A stretch of DNA of 64,000 bases from a virus: IMG/VR virus record IMGVR_UViG_3300027826_000001. One strand, given 5' to 3'. Made by a program: the position numbers and the translations under genes. Under the pieces are notes generated by a model that was given only the letters and a program-made list of their open reading frames with translations, did not search any database and had not been told where the DNA came from. Of the stretch, positions 25,726 through 32,777 are shown one piece after another; the stretch's first letter is position 1; each line of letters begins with the position of its first letter.

Positions 25726-25956
25726 TTAACCGTTTGTAGCCAAATCGTTAGCAGCCGCACGCAAGGCAACCTGGAAAGCAACACCAAGCAACTTAGTTGT
25801 AGTCGTGGTGGGGTTACTAAAGTTCGATTCAACGTGAGGAATCGTCACAGAAGTACCACCCGAGGCAATAGTGCCAGGGTTACGAAGAACGGCAATGCTG
25901 TAATTCTGGTTACCATCGTTGGTAATGTTAATGCTGTAAGCAGTTGTAGAAGCCAT
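25726..25956 (-). CDS. hypothetical virion protein (76 aa)
   Basis: I prefer ATG 25956 (MASTTAYSINIT...). The longer ORF-track start 25992 lies inside the divergent promoter region. Confidence 0.6.
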   Translation of the reverse strand: MASTTAYSINITNDGNQNYSIAVLRNPGTIASGGTSVTIPHVESNFSNPTTTTTKLLGVAFQVALRAAANDLATNG

Positions 25957-25995
25957 GTAAAGAAAACTTAATCTCCTATCTAAGAGTATCATATA

Positions 25996-26024
25996 TTGAC
26001 ATGACCTCCACCTTATGGTATGCT
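25996..26024 (+). promoter_or_regulatory. consensus promoter of the plus-strand island
   Basis: TTGACA 25996-26001, 17-nt spacer, TGg-TATGCT 26016-26024. ATG 26030 follows only 5 nt after the -10, so the mRNA is leaderless. Confidence 0.7.
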
Positions 26025-26029
26025 TAGGT

Positions 26030-26212
26030 ATGGTTAAAGGCTATACGATTCGAAAACGTAAAGATTGTGATAGATATGAACTAATCGTGAGGGATAAGAA
26101 CTATGGGCGATTTTATGGGGGTCTTTTCACATCTGAAAAAGCAGCTAAAAAAGCTTACAAGGAGCGTTGGCATGTTCAGCCGACAGGAAAGCTACACACA
26201 GGCACTTCTTAA
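26030..26212 (+). CDS. AP2-like DNA-binding domain protein (60 aa)
   Basis: MVKGYTIRKRKDCDRYELIVRDKNYGRFYGGLFTSEKAAKKAYKE fits the three-strand plus helix AP2 pattern seen in phage and HNH-associated AP2 domains. The ORF-track start 26015 lies inside the promoter. Confidence 0.6.
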   Translation: MVKGYTIRKRKDCDRYELIVRDKNYGRFYGGLFTSEKAAKKAYKERWHVQPTGKLHTGTS

Positions 26213-26408
26213 AAAGTTCAAAGGTGCCGGAGATAAGACGGATTACGTAACGTATTGGATTCCGTCAGGGTTTGCTGATCCTAAGAAACACCTTATTATC
26301 AAGGGGATAGAGTATAAGATTGTAGAACTCTATGCCACATATAAGAAAGAACATGTAGAGGCATATCCGAAGGTTTTTAAAACTGCTATCCCCGAAATTG
26401 GAACGTAG
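26172..26408 (+). CDS. hypothetical protein (78 aa)
   Basis: In frame with ORF-track 26103..26408. AAGGAG lies 7 nt before ATG 26172. Overlaps the AP2 gene end by 41 nt. Confidence 0.55.
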   Translation: MFSRQESYTQALLKKFKGAGDKTDYVTYWIPSGFADPKKHLIIKGIEYKIVELYATYKKEHVEAYPKVFKTAIPEIGT

Positions 26409-26409
26409 C

Positions 26410-26781
26410 TTACTGAAGAGTACGGAACTGACAAGCCAGAGTTACAGCATTGGTTTGGTTACCCGTGGTAATAGTACCGTTGCTAATAGTCCCCGACACA
26501 AACCGAATCCAATTCACACCCATAAAATCATCAAAACGGGTACAAATGATTACTCCCGCAGCCGCTTGGGTCGCAGTGTAGGCCACATACGCACCACTAG
26601 CGGAACTGAACATAGGGAAGAAGTTAGCTCCATCAAAAGATCCCTGTAGGACAAGACCATTAGAAGTCCATCCCGAAGGTACAAGAACCGCAACCAATTG
26701 CATTTCCGTTCCTGGAGTTGGGATAGAAGTTGAAGTATTTCCGCCTGCTGAGATTGTTGCTGAAGTTATTGGATTCGCCAT
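26410..26781 (-). CDS. hypothetical virion protein (123 aa)
   Basis: ORF track. Its stop is 1 nt from the convergent + gene stop. Confidence 0.7.
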   Translation of the reverse strand: MANPITSATISAGGNTSTSIPTPGTEMQLVAVLVPSGWTSNGLVLQGSFDGANFFPMFSSASGAYVAYTATQAAAGVIICTRFDDFMGVNWIRFVSGTISNGTITTGNQTNAVTLACQFRTLQ

Positions 26782-26802
26782 GTTTCCTATAACTAGTATA
26801 AC

Positions 26803-27135
26803 TTAAAAAGTCTCTTCCCAAAAGGTTATGAGAGATGATTTTTTAGATATCCCATATATGGCCGATGTATTCATTATCTCAATATCTCCAGGAGAATGTA
26901 GTAGGTAGCCGGTGGTGAGAGTTACACTGCTATTACCTAGAAACACATCATTACCCGAGTTATTTGATACTATTAACCGTGTCCGGTGAGAGTTAGGTGA
27001 GAGTATTAGTACCTTCGTGGCACCTAACGTTACCTGTCCTGTATTGAACGTGGGCGCACTATTGGTAAAGTTTAAATTTAAATCATTACCCTGTGCGTCT
27101 ACAATCCGTACAGTTGGAATATTGTTTACTAACAC
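26803..27135 (-). CDS. hypothetical protein (110 aa)
   Basis: ORF track. GTG start. Confidence 0.65.
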   Translation of the reverse strand: MLVNNIPTVRIVDAQGNDLNLNFTNSAPTFNTGQVTLGATKVLILSPNSHRTRLIVSNNSGNDVFLGNSSVTLTTGYLLHSPGDIEIMNTSAIYGISKKSSLITFWEETF

Positions 27136-27168
27136 ACATTACGCTCTACTTTAATTCTCCCATTCCAC

Positions 27169-27197
27169 TTGACTTCCACTCAGGGCCATGATACAAT
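27169..27197 (+). promoter_or_regulatory. consensus promoter with no ORF behind it
   Basis: TTGACT 27169-74, 17-nt spacer, TGa-TACAAT 27189-97. Confidence 0.65.
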
Positions 27198-27203
27198 ACT
27201 TGT

Positions 27204-27291
27204 AGACCCCCCCGAAGGGTCAGGAGAGGGTTGTATGGCGGTTTTCCTCCTTTCGCTGCCATCCCCTTTCCGGCCTTTCATAGTCCTTTTT
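27204..27291 (+). ncRNA. candidate ~90-nt structured small RNA with CCUCC loop
   Basis: Hairpin 1 is GACCC/GGGTC (27205-21). Hairpin 2 is GGAGAGGG-ATGGCGG (27223-41) paired to CTGCCAT-CCCTTTCC (27256-71) with loop UUUUCCUCCUUUCG. Two G-U pairs exist only on the + strand. T5 run at 27287-91. Confidence 0.5.
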
Positions 27292-27377
27292 AAAAAACTA
27301 ACTCCTTTATTTTCAACTACATAGGGCAAAAGCGGCCCTAGTGTTTTTAGGTCAGTAAGTCTTTTGTTTTCAACTAG

Positions 27378-27851
27378 TTACATTTTTGAAGGGGGACCGT
27401 AGATACTTTGAATTTCCTTGGATAGCTCACCGGGGCTTACTTTCCAACGTTTCTCGCTATTCGCAGCAAGCAACCCGGTACCTTCTAAGACTTCGAAACA
27501 TACTTCACTACAAAACCGGTCCCTATCATCATGGACTTTCCAAGGACCCAAGAACCCTAGTAACCCTAACCAATCGTACTTTTTACCTGTCAAGAGTTTT
27601 GCAAAATTAAAAACTTTTAATCCAACTTGATTATCCAAAGAAAGGGTGTATACGTCGAATAATCCTTTTAACTCTATTATCTTGAAACCACTTTGCTCTC
27701 CTTCTCGGGCACTGAAGCAATACGCCATATCCACCGGCCCATCTAACCACAACTCACAATGGCTATAAGGGCTATGTGTCCACCACCCAATTCCCTTACT
27801 CCAAAAACTCCCTGTATCCTTGGCCCTTTTAAAAGCAATTTTAATAAACAC
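27378..27851 (-). CDS. permuted papain-fold (YiiX/C92, NlpC/P60-like) amidase; endolysin candidate
   Basis: His-before-Cys order: HSPYSHCELW ... DRFCSEVCFEVL. GTG start with GAGG 8 nt upstream. Confidence 0.6.
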   Translation of the reverse strand: MFIKIAFKRAKDTGSFWSKGIGWWTHSPYSHCELWLDGPVDMAYCFSAREGEQSGFKIIELKGLFDVYTLSLDNQVGLKVFNFAKLLTGKKYDWLGLLGFLGPWKVHDDRDRFCSEVCFEVLEGTGLLAANSEKRWKVSPGELSKEIQSIYGPPSKM

Positions 27852-27956
27852 GATGGTAACCTCGTACTTTAATTATAAAAAATTTTTCAAAATCAAATAC
27901 TTACTCCATTACACGGGAAGCTCCTGGGTCGCTTCCGCAGCCACCCCCCCACCCAA

Positions 27957-28177
27957 GGTACTGGTACGGGGGTCCTACGGGGGTACTTAAGTACTACGGA
28001 ACCTTCTTGGTACTTTGGTACTAAGGTCTGGAATGTAAAGAATTGTAAAGATTTGTAAAGTAACGGGCACGTAGTATAGTACGATAGTTCTAATAGTAAT
28101 AGCCCAATAGTACTAAAGCCAATAGTACTATAGTATTACGCCAGTAGTACTAAGTATAAAATGAACCGTTAGTACTA
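27957..28177. repeat. dense field of short direct repeats and palindromes built on GTAC
   Basis: TACGGGGGT x2 (27965, 27976). Palindrome GTACTTAAGTAC (27983-94). TTGGTACT x2 (28007-22). TGTAAAG x3 at 10-bp phase (28034-60). CCAATAGTACTA x2 plus 2 variants (28104-28177). Confidence 0.85.
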
Positions 28178-28224
28178 CGTGCCATACTGTCTTTACGGTA
28201 TACCGTACTAGGGTAAAAAAGTTA

Positions 28225-28253
28225 TTGACTTCCGGGGGACTGTGTGATAGCGT
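28225..28253 (+). promoter_or_regulatory. promoter-like element facing ~300 nt of non-coding DNA
   Basis: TTGACT 28225-30, 17-nt spacer, TGa-TAGCGT 28245-53. Confidence 0.45.
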
Positions 28254-28499
28254 TTGGCCCGTGAAATAGGGCATTTGGTTAATAAAACGAGTTAACTATG
28301 GTTAACATGGAAACTTAATCGTCGGTATTATTAGCCCGGATTGTGGCGAATAATGGGCGAATAAATTAACGCGTAAGTGACTGATAATCCCAAAAATGGA
28401 CATAGCGTTTAAAAGTGATTAGAAGCCCGTGGTAGGGACGAATTATTTTCAGGCCTGTTAGACATGTCCCCTGAAAGGCGATTAAATGGTCGGGCTGTA

Positions 28500-28534
28500 A
28501 TGAAAATGGCCCTTTACTTGCTAGGTAAAAGGCC
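28500..28534 (-). terminator. intrinsic terminator of the minus-strand accessory operon
   Basis: Minus strand GGCCUUUUAC-loop-GUAAAGGGCC forms 10 bp including one G-U, which would be a C-A mismatch on the + strand. Followed by AUUUUCAUU. Lies 26 nt after the stop at 28560. Confidence 0.6.
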
Positions 28535-28559
28535 CTTGGAGGTTTGGCTATTTGCGTGC

Positions 28560-29567
28560 TTAGTAACGTCTGGCACGTCTCTTACGTTTTTTCCCCGGTA
28601 CATATTTGGGGACATACGGTACATATTTGGGGACATATGGTACTGATTCGACTTTGGGCGTTTCGAGCTTAGACTCTGGGGGAAGGTTAATGACAATGCC
28701 AAGCTTGGCTAGTTCCTTCACAATCCACTCTTGAGCCGCACGTGGATTATTCCATTGACAGTCCCCCCACATTGCTGAACCAAGGTAAACATCATAACCA
28801 CGGGTAGCTAATGTTTCGGGGAATGGGTCTGAAGGATAACCGTACATGGAGGTAGGATAAACAGTATACTTTTGTAATAGATCCTTGGACGGTAGAGTTT
28901 CAAACCAAGCAAACCCGTGACGGCGAAACATACTGGAATGGGCCAAAGCGTAGGATAAACGGTCAAGGTCGAAGTCTTGATTAAAGTGTTTCACTTCGAC
29001 AGTACACAGGATGCGGTCACCCGTGTAATTGTAATTTACTCCTATCATCACCAGAACGTCTATTTGGGTACGGATTCCCATGTAGTCTAAAAGACGGGAA
29101 AGGGCCAATATACAAGCGCCACGGGCCGTCATAGTCTCGGTTGAGATACCACAAGAGGCTGAAAGATTAACACCAATTTTGGCCGTAGTCTTACCATTCA
29201 CTATGACAGTTTCAGACTCGCCCATTGCAAGCCAGTGTTCTGGTTCGCCCTCATGCCAGCGTCCGACATCCAAGTTAATACCCTCGGTTAAGTATTGAGG
29301 TTCGGGTTTACCTGCATACTGAGAGATAAAGCTAAAGAGAGACGTAGCAAGATCGTTTATTTTGTCCTTACCCTCGGGCCATCCGTTATGCGCTAGTTCA
29401 CATGCTTTAGGCCATGTTGCAGCATGGAGGTTACCATAACCTGATGATGTATCACGACTACGAGAGTCACTTGCACGTTTACCCTCGGGTATTAGACAAG
29501 GTGCGTTTTCACAATGGTCTAGGAACGCGTGCCAATCGGTAAAGGTTTGCTCGTAGTCGTATTTCAT
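28560..29567 (-). CDS. partner of the AAA+ ATPase (335 aa); possibly a degenerate VWA/CobT-like fold; repeat-containing basic tail
   Basis: ATGA-coupled to the ATPase gene. IGVNLSASCGIS sits where a MIDAS DxSxS would lie. The C-terminus is VPYVPKYVPYVPKYVPGKKRKRRARRY. Confidence 0.6.
   Translation of the reverse strand: MKYDYEQTFTDWHAFLDHCENAPCLIPEGKRASDSRSRDTSSGYGNLHAATWPKACELAHNGWPEGKDKINDLATSLFSFISQYAGKPEPQYLTEGINLDVGRWHEGEPEHWLAMGESETVIVNGKTTAKIGVNLSASCGISTETMTARGACILALSRLLDYMGIRTQIDVLVMIGVNYNYTGDRILCTVEVKHFNQDFDLDRLSYALAHSSMFRRHGFAWFETLPSKDLLQKYTVYPTSMYGYPSDPFPETLATRGYDVYLGSAMWGDCQWNNPRAAQEWIVKELAKLGIVINLPPESKLETPKVESVPYVPKYVPYVPKYVPGKKRKRRARRY
28597..28643. repeat. 21-bp tandem repeat (2.2 copies), each copy starting GGTAC
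   Basis: GGTACATATTTGGGGACATAC / GGTACATATTTGGGGACATAT / GGTAC. Encodes the VPYVPKY repeats on the minus strand. Confidence 0.9.
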
Positions 29568-30958
29568 GCGGCTGTAACCTCCATTTCAGACTTCGGAGTA
29601 ACCTTTACTCTCATAGTCTTACGGCATGAGTCTAGGGAAGCAAGTGGGAATTGGGTTAACAGCTTTTCACGGGTAGACTTGTCAAGTCCCTTGAAAACAC
29701 ATGCATCGGCCACAAGGGTAGCGGAGAGATCCGTATAGCCTAGAAGTTTTGCGCCGTCATAGGTGGCTCGGGGTGTAGCGAATACTTTACCATGCTTTCC
29801 AGACATAGCCTCAGGCCGAATGCCTTGCACCCATTGAATCCACGGGGTACAGTTGGGATTAATACTCAGCGCTACCCCTTGCTCAAGGTTCTGATCGTAT
29901 TCGACATGGAAAAACTTGGCGCGGTCCATTGTGGGGAACTCTTGCGCTACAGCTTCGGGGAAATATTCGTCACGGCCACGCATAGAAGTGTTTCCTGCCA
30001 TAAGAACGTAGGATTCAGAGTGACGGGAGATTGGGTGTTCATGGCCACGAGCATCAATGTAACCGTTAGCTAAGAACCCATTTAGCAAGGTGGTAATGTG
30101 AGACGGCCACCTGTCGAATTCATCGAAGAAAATAAGTGAAGGACGTTGGACAGCATTAATGAACCGTTGCTCTTGTTTCCCGCCGTTACCGTCAATAAAA
30201 CCTTTTAAAACAGACTCGGGAGACATTTTACCGATTTGAAATGGGTGGAACTCCAAGCCTAGTAAGTCTGCTATTTGACGGGCCATAAAAGTCTTACCCG
30301 CACCCGCTGCACCATAGATATAAACGTTTTGGGCCACTAGCAGCATTTCAGCGATGGTCGGAACGTCCTTATGGACTAGGCCTTCAAGCTTACGTGTGGT
30401 GTCCGGGGTAACGAATTCGATACGAGATTCCTTAACACTATGCTTGCGAACTAGGTCGATAACCCGTGTTTCGTCAATGGATTGGACGTTTAAAGCGGAC
30501 ATAGCAGCGGAAACGGCCTGATCCACTTTAGCGTCAAGGTTCTCAAGAGATTGAATCTTAGAAGCCAAGGGGCCTAACATTACGTTTGCTAGCGCTTGGA
30601 TGGCCGTAGTTGCTTCAGAGGGTGACGGAATAGGTTCGGGTATGGGTGTGGGTTTGGGTGTGTCTACAGGCATGTACACATCGTCCTTTGGCGGGGTAAA
30701 CGGGTTCGGCTCTGGTAATGGAGTTTCATTATCCTCTGACGGTTCTGGTTCACCCTGAATCAAATATTCGCCAGAGGGTAATGTACCAGTATAGTAAGAA
30801 TCGAAGTCTCTCTGATCGTCCCAACATTTAGGGTGATAGGAACGTCCTTTACCCCTAGAGTCATTACACCAGATTATCTTGGAACCAAGATTTACAGGTA
30901 ACCCGCACTTTTTACAGCGAGTATGAGGATACTTTGAGTTGAATGCTTTGACGATCAT
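29564..30958 (-). CDS. AAA+ ATPase (MoxR/CobS/AAA_5-like) with N-terminal zinc ribbon and Pro-rich linker
   Basis: Walker A YGAAGAGKTF and Walker B LIFFDEFDR. N-terminal CKKCGLP...HPKC. PEPNPFTPPKDD...PKPTPIPEPIPSP linker. Confidence 0.8.
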   Translation of the reverse strand: MIVKAFNSKYPHTRCKKCGLPVNLGSKIIWCNDSRGKGRSYHPKCWDDQRDFDSYYTGTLPSGEYLIQGEPEPSEDNETPLPEPNPFTPPKDDVYMPVDTPKPTPIPEPIPSPSEATTAIQALANVMLGPLASKIQSLENLDAKVDQAVSAAMSALNVQSIDETRVIDLVRKHSVKESRIEFVTPDTTRKLEGLVHKDVPTIAEMLLVAQNVYIYGAAGAGKTFMARQIADLLGLEFHPFQIGKMSPESVLKGFIDGNGGKQEQRFINAVQRPSLIFFDEFDRWPSHITTLLNGFLANGYIDARGHEHPISRHSESYVLMAGNTSMRGRDEYFPEAVAQEFPTMDRAKFFHVEYDQNLEQGVALSINPNCTPWIQWVQGIRPEAMSGKHGKVFATPRATYDGAKLLGYTDLSATLVADACVFKGLDKSTREKLLTQFPLASLDSCRKTMRVKVTPKSEMEVTAA

Positions 30959-30959
30959 G

Positions 30960-31121
30960 TTAGTTAACCTCCATTGCGAAGTTCGCCAAAACGAATCCGT
31001 TTAAATCTTCAACCATACCGTTAACCTTTTGGGCCAGCAGTACGGCGGTGTCGAGAGTATGAACGCGGAGGGAATTAAACCCGGCTGCGTCCACATAGAG
31101 AACCCAATAGTCATTTTGCAT
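30960..31121 (-). CDS. 53-aa protein upstream of the ATPase
   Basis: Below the ORF-track cutoff. ATG 31121 with GGAGG 10 nt upstream. The stop at 30962..30960 is 1 nt before ATG 30958. MQNDYWVLYVDAAGFNSLRVH... Confidence 0.55.
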   Translation of the reverse strand: MQNDYWVLYVDAAGFNSLRVHTLDTAVLLAQKVNGMVEDLNGFVLANFAMEVN

Positions 31122-31207
31122 AAGTTAGAAACCTCCACCCCTATTATCGGCGAAAAAGAGAGAATTATGTGTAAATGTTTGTAAAGGGGTGACGGGTAGT
31201 AGTGGTG

Positions 31208-31408
31208 CTACGCTACAGGTCGAAGTGGATAATAACCTTTCATCTTTACCCACGTACGCCAGCCTGGATTAGTCGTTGGGTTCTTTTTAATGGCGACGAT
31301 CAAAGCCTTATAGGTAGGATAGCCTTTATGATCCAATCGCCATAACATATTATCACTACCATACCAATACCAGTAGAAAAGTTTATTTACCCGGCGATAA
31401 AGTATCAT
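31208..31408 (-). CDS. hypothetical protein (66 aa), W/Y-rich
   Basis: ORF track. Confidence 0.55.
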   Translation of the reverse strand: MILYRRVNKLFYWYWYGSDNMLWRLDHKGYPTYKALIVAIKKNPTTNPGWRTWVKMKGYYPLRPVA

Positions 31409-31439
31409 ATAATCAAAATCATAAAATCCCTACTCACTC

Positions 31440-31793
31440 CTATTCGAATAGCGCGCTTATAACCTGGGGCCTCTTGAATAGCGCGACAAGGGACAGTAGT
31501 AAACACATAGCACCCAAGACTAGAAGTAACCCCGGCTCTGGCGTAACGTGACAGTCCGAATAGTGAGAGTCGTAGTGCGGGTTGTCAGGGCCTAGTGTGG
31601 GAAACCAGGATTGGGGTTTAACGGAACATATCTCAGTACGCCAGTCGTCCCAATTACGTATACATATTACGGTGTTATCCCGGTTACCATAGTGCGCCGT
31701 GTCAGTGGTAAACTCATGGTCAATGGCTAGCAGGTCGGATAAATTGAATGCAAGATCCTGGGGGCTACCAGATGGAAGTTGAGGAATTAGCAT
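31440..31793 (-). CDS. protein with PEP-CTERM-like C-terminal segment (117 aa)
   Basis: TPEPGLLLVLGAMCLLLSLVALFKRP reads as PEP, then a hydrophobic helix, then basic residues. The ATG overlaps the upstream stop (ATGCTAA). Confidence 0.6.
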   Translation of the reverse strand: MLIPQLPSGSPQDLAFNLSDLLAIDHEFTTDTAHYGNRDNTVICIRNWDDWRTEICSVKPQSWFPTLGPDNPHYDSHYSDCHVTPEPGLLLVLGAMCLLLSLVALFKRPQVISALFE

Positions 31794-32053
31794 TCAGGTT
31801 CTACCTTTGTAATTTTAACAGGGTAATATTTACAGGAAGTTCTATTACTAACACTCCCGAATATTACTCGACAACCTGTCAAATTATCTATACCCAATTC
31901 GCCTTGTTCTAAATAACGTGGCGTTCTTTCAGTGACTTCGACAATAAACTTTGGCAAAGGGTTCGACCTTTCGAAGGATAAGACGTTTACCGTGAGCATA
32001 TTCTTCAATTGTCGAATTTTTTGCTTTAGCCTGCTCCGGCTTATTATAAGCAC
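31787..32053 (-). CDS. hypothetical ORF (88 aa); possibly the 3' segment of a frame-broken gene
   Basis: ORF track, GTG start. The C-terminal two thirds look protein-like. The frame meets the upstream ORF at an A6 run (32017-32022 on +). Confidence 0.5.
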   Translation of the reverse strand: MLIISRSRLKQKIRQLKNMLTVNVLSFERSNPLPKFIVEVTERTPRYLEQGELGIDNLTGCRVIFGSVSNRTSCKYYPVKITKVEPEC

Positions 32054-32227
32054 TTAAATAATATTCATATATTTCGGGTATTCGAAAATCACCAGTAAAC
32101 TCATAACCCTCGGGCGGTACACAATATCCCTTAGGCGATTCTTCGCTACAAGTATAATTCCATGGGGGGCGGTTTCAGGGCTATCTTCGTCAAATTTGGC
32201 TAAATACTTCAAAATAGGTACTTTCAT
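31929..32227 (-). pseudogene. gene split at a C6 run: 21-codon start segment plus a 78-codon startless ORF
   Basis: ATG 32227 gives MKVPILKYLAKFDEDSPETAP up to the run (G6 on +, 32164-69). The -1 frame opens 3 codons before the run with no start codon and reads PWNYTCSEESPKGYCVPPEGYEFTGDF... to the TGA at 31929. Confidence 0.55.
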
Positions 32228-32239
32228 ATTAATCTCTTT

Positions 32240-32353
32240 TTAGTCGTCTAAGTCCTTTAAATTGTCTAATGTGTAATCCTTAATACACTCACCCCAACAT
32301 GAATTAGAGCCGCAGTAAGGGCACGTTAGAGTATCAAAATCAGGATCTATCAT
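32240..32353 (-). CDS. 37-aa zinc-ribbon-like microprotein
   Basis: MIDPDFDTLTCPYCGSNSCWGECIKDYTLDNLKDLDD. The stop is 12 nt before the next ATG (32227). Confidence 0.45.
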   Translation of the reverse strand: MIDPDFDTLTCPYCGSNSCWGECIKDYTLDNLKDLDD

Positions 32354-32385
32354 TGGTTGTTCGTATGGTTGTTCGTATGGTCGTT
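32354..32385. repeat. 12-bp tandem repeat TGGTTGTTCGTA x2 plus partial
   Basis: Copies at 32354-65 and 32366-77 are identical, with a partial copy at 32378-85. It fills the gap between two minus-strand genes. Confidence 0.9.
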
Positions 32386-32756
32386 TATGTTTTGGAGTCA
32401 GGGGCATTTAGTTTAAACATCCTTTCCAACTCATCAATACCCGGTGTCTCTTGGGCGATAAGGGCTTTTTGACGTTCCATTTCACGGCCAATTTCCAAGG
32501 CTTGGATAATGACTTCTGCAAAGGCCTGTTGAGGCTTGGATAAATTATTATCCATACAGTATTTCATGGCGCGAAGACCAGAAAAAACAAATTTCTCAAA
32601 AGACTTGGACTCATAGAGACAATTACTGTCGGCCATGAAGTCAAGTATCTTGTTAAGATCGGGGGTTTCGTCTTTAGGGAAGAAAGCGTTAACTTTCTCT
32701 TTCATTTGGTCATATGCACGTTCGAAGAGATCGGCGGTAGTAATGTTGGTAGTCAT
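32385..32756 (-). CDS. hypothetical helical protein (123 aa)
   Basis: ORF track. Own promoter and GAAAGGA RBS. Confidence 0.75.
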   Translation of the reverse strand: MTTNITTADLFERAYDQMKEKVNAFFPKDETPDLNKILDFMADSNCLYESKSFEKFVFSGLRAMKYCMDNNLSKPQQAFAEVIIQALEIGREMERQKALIAQETPGIDELERMFKLNAPDSKT

Positions 32757-32777
32757 TTGGATTCCTTTCGTAATTAA

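Noticed and set aside
26803-27377. Minus-strand promoter for gene 26803..27135 in the 240-bp gap
   Set aside because: I found no TTGACA or TGnTAnnnT match on the minus strand. The only strong promoter there points the other way. The duplicated GTAGTTGAAAA(T/C)AAA boxes (27303-21 and 27360-77 on +) are noted but their meaning is unclear.
27957-28643. Possible CRISPR array
   Set aside because: The repeat units are only 7-21 bp, are adjacent or irregularly spaced, and lack unique spacers of CRISPR size. No cas genes are present apart from an isolated Cas4-like recombination nuclease.
28464-28646. 60-aa + ORF ending in YIFGDIRYIFGDIWY
   Set aside because: It is the antisense reading of the 21-bp tandem repeat in the 335-aa gene and crosses the minus-strand terminator. 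It has no RBS.
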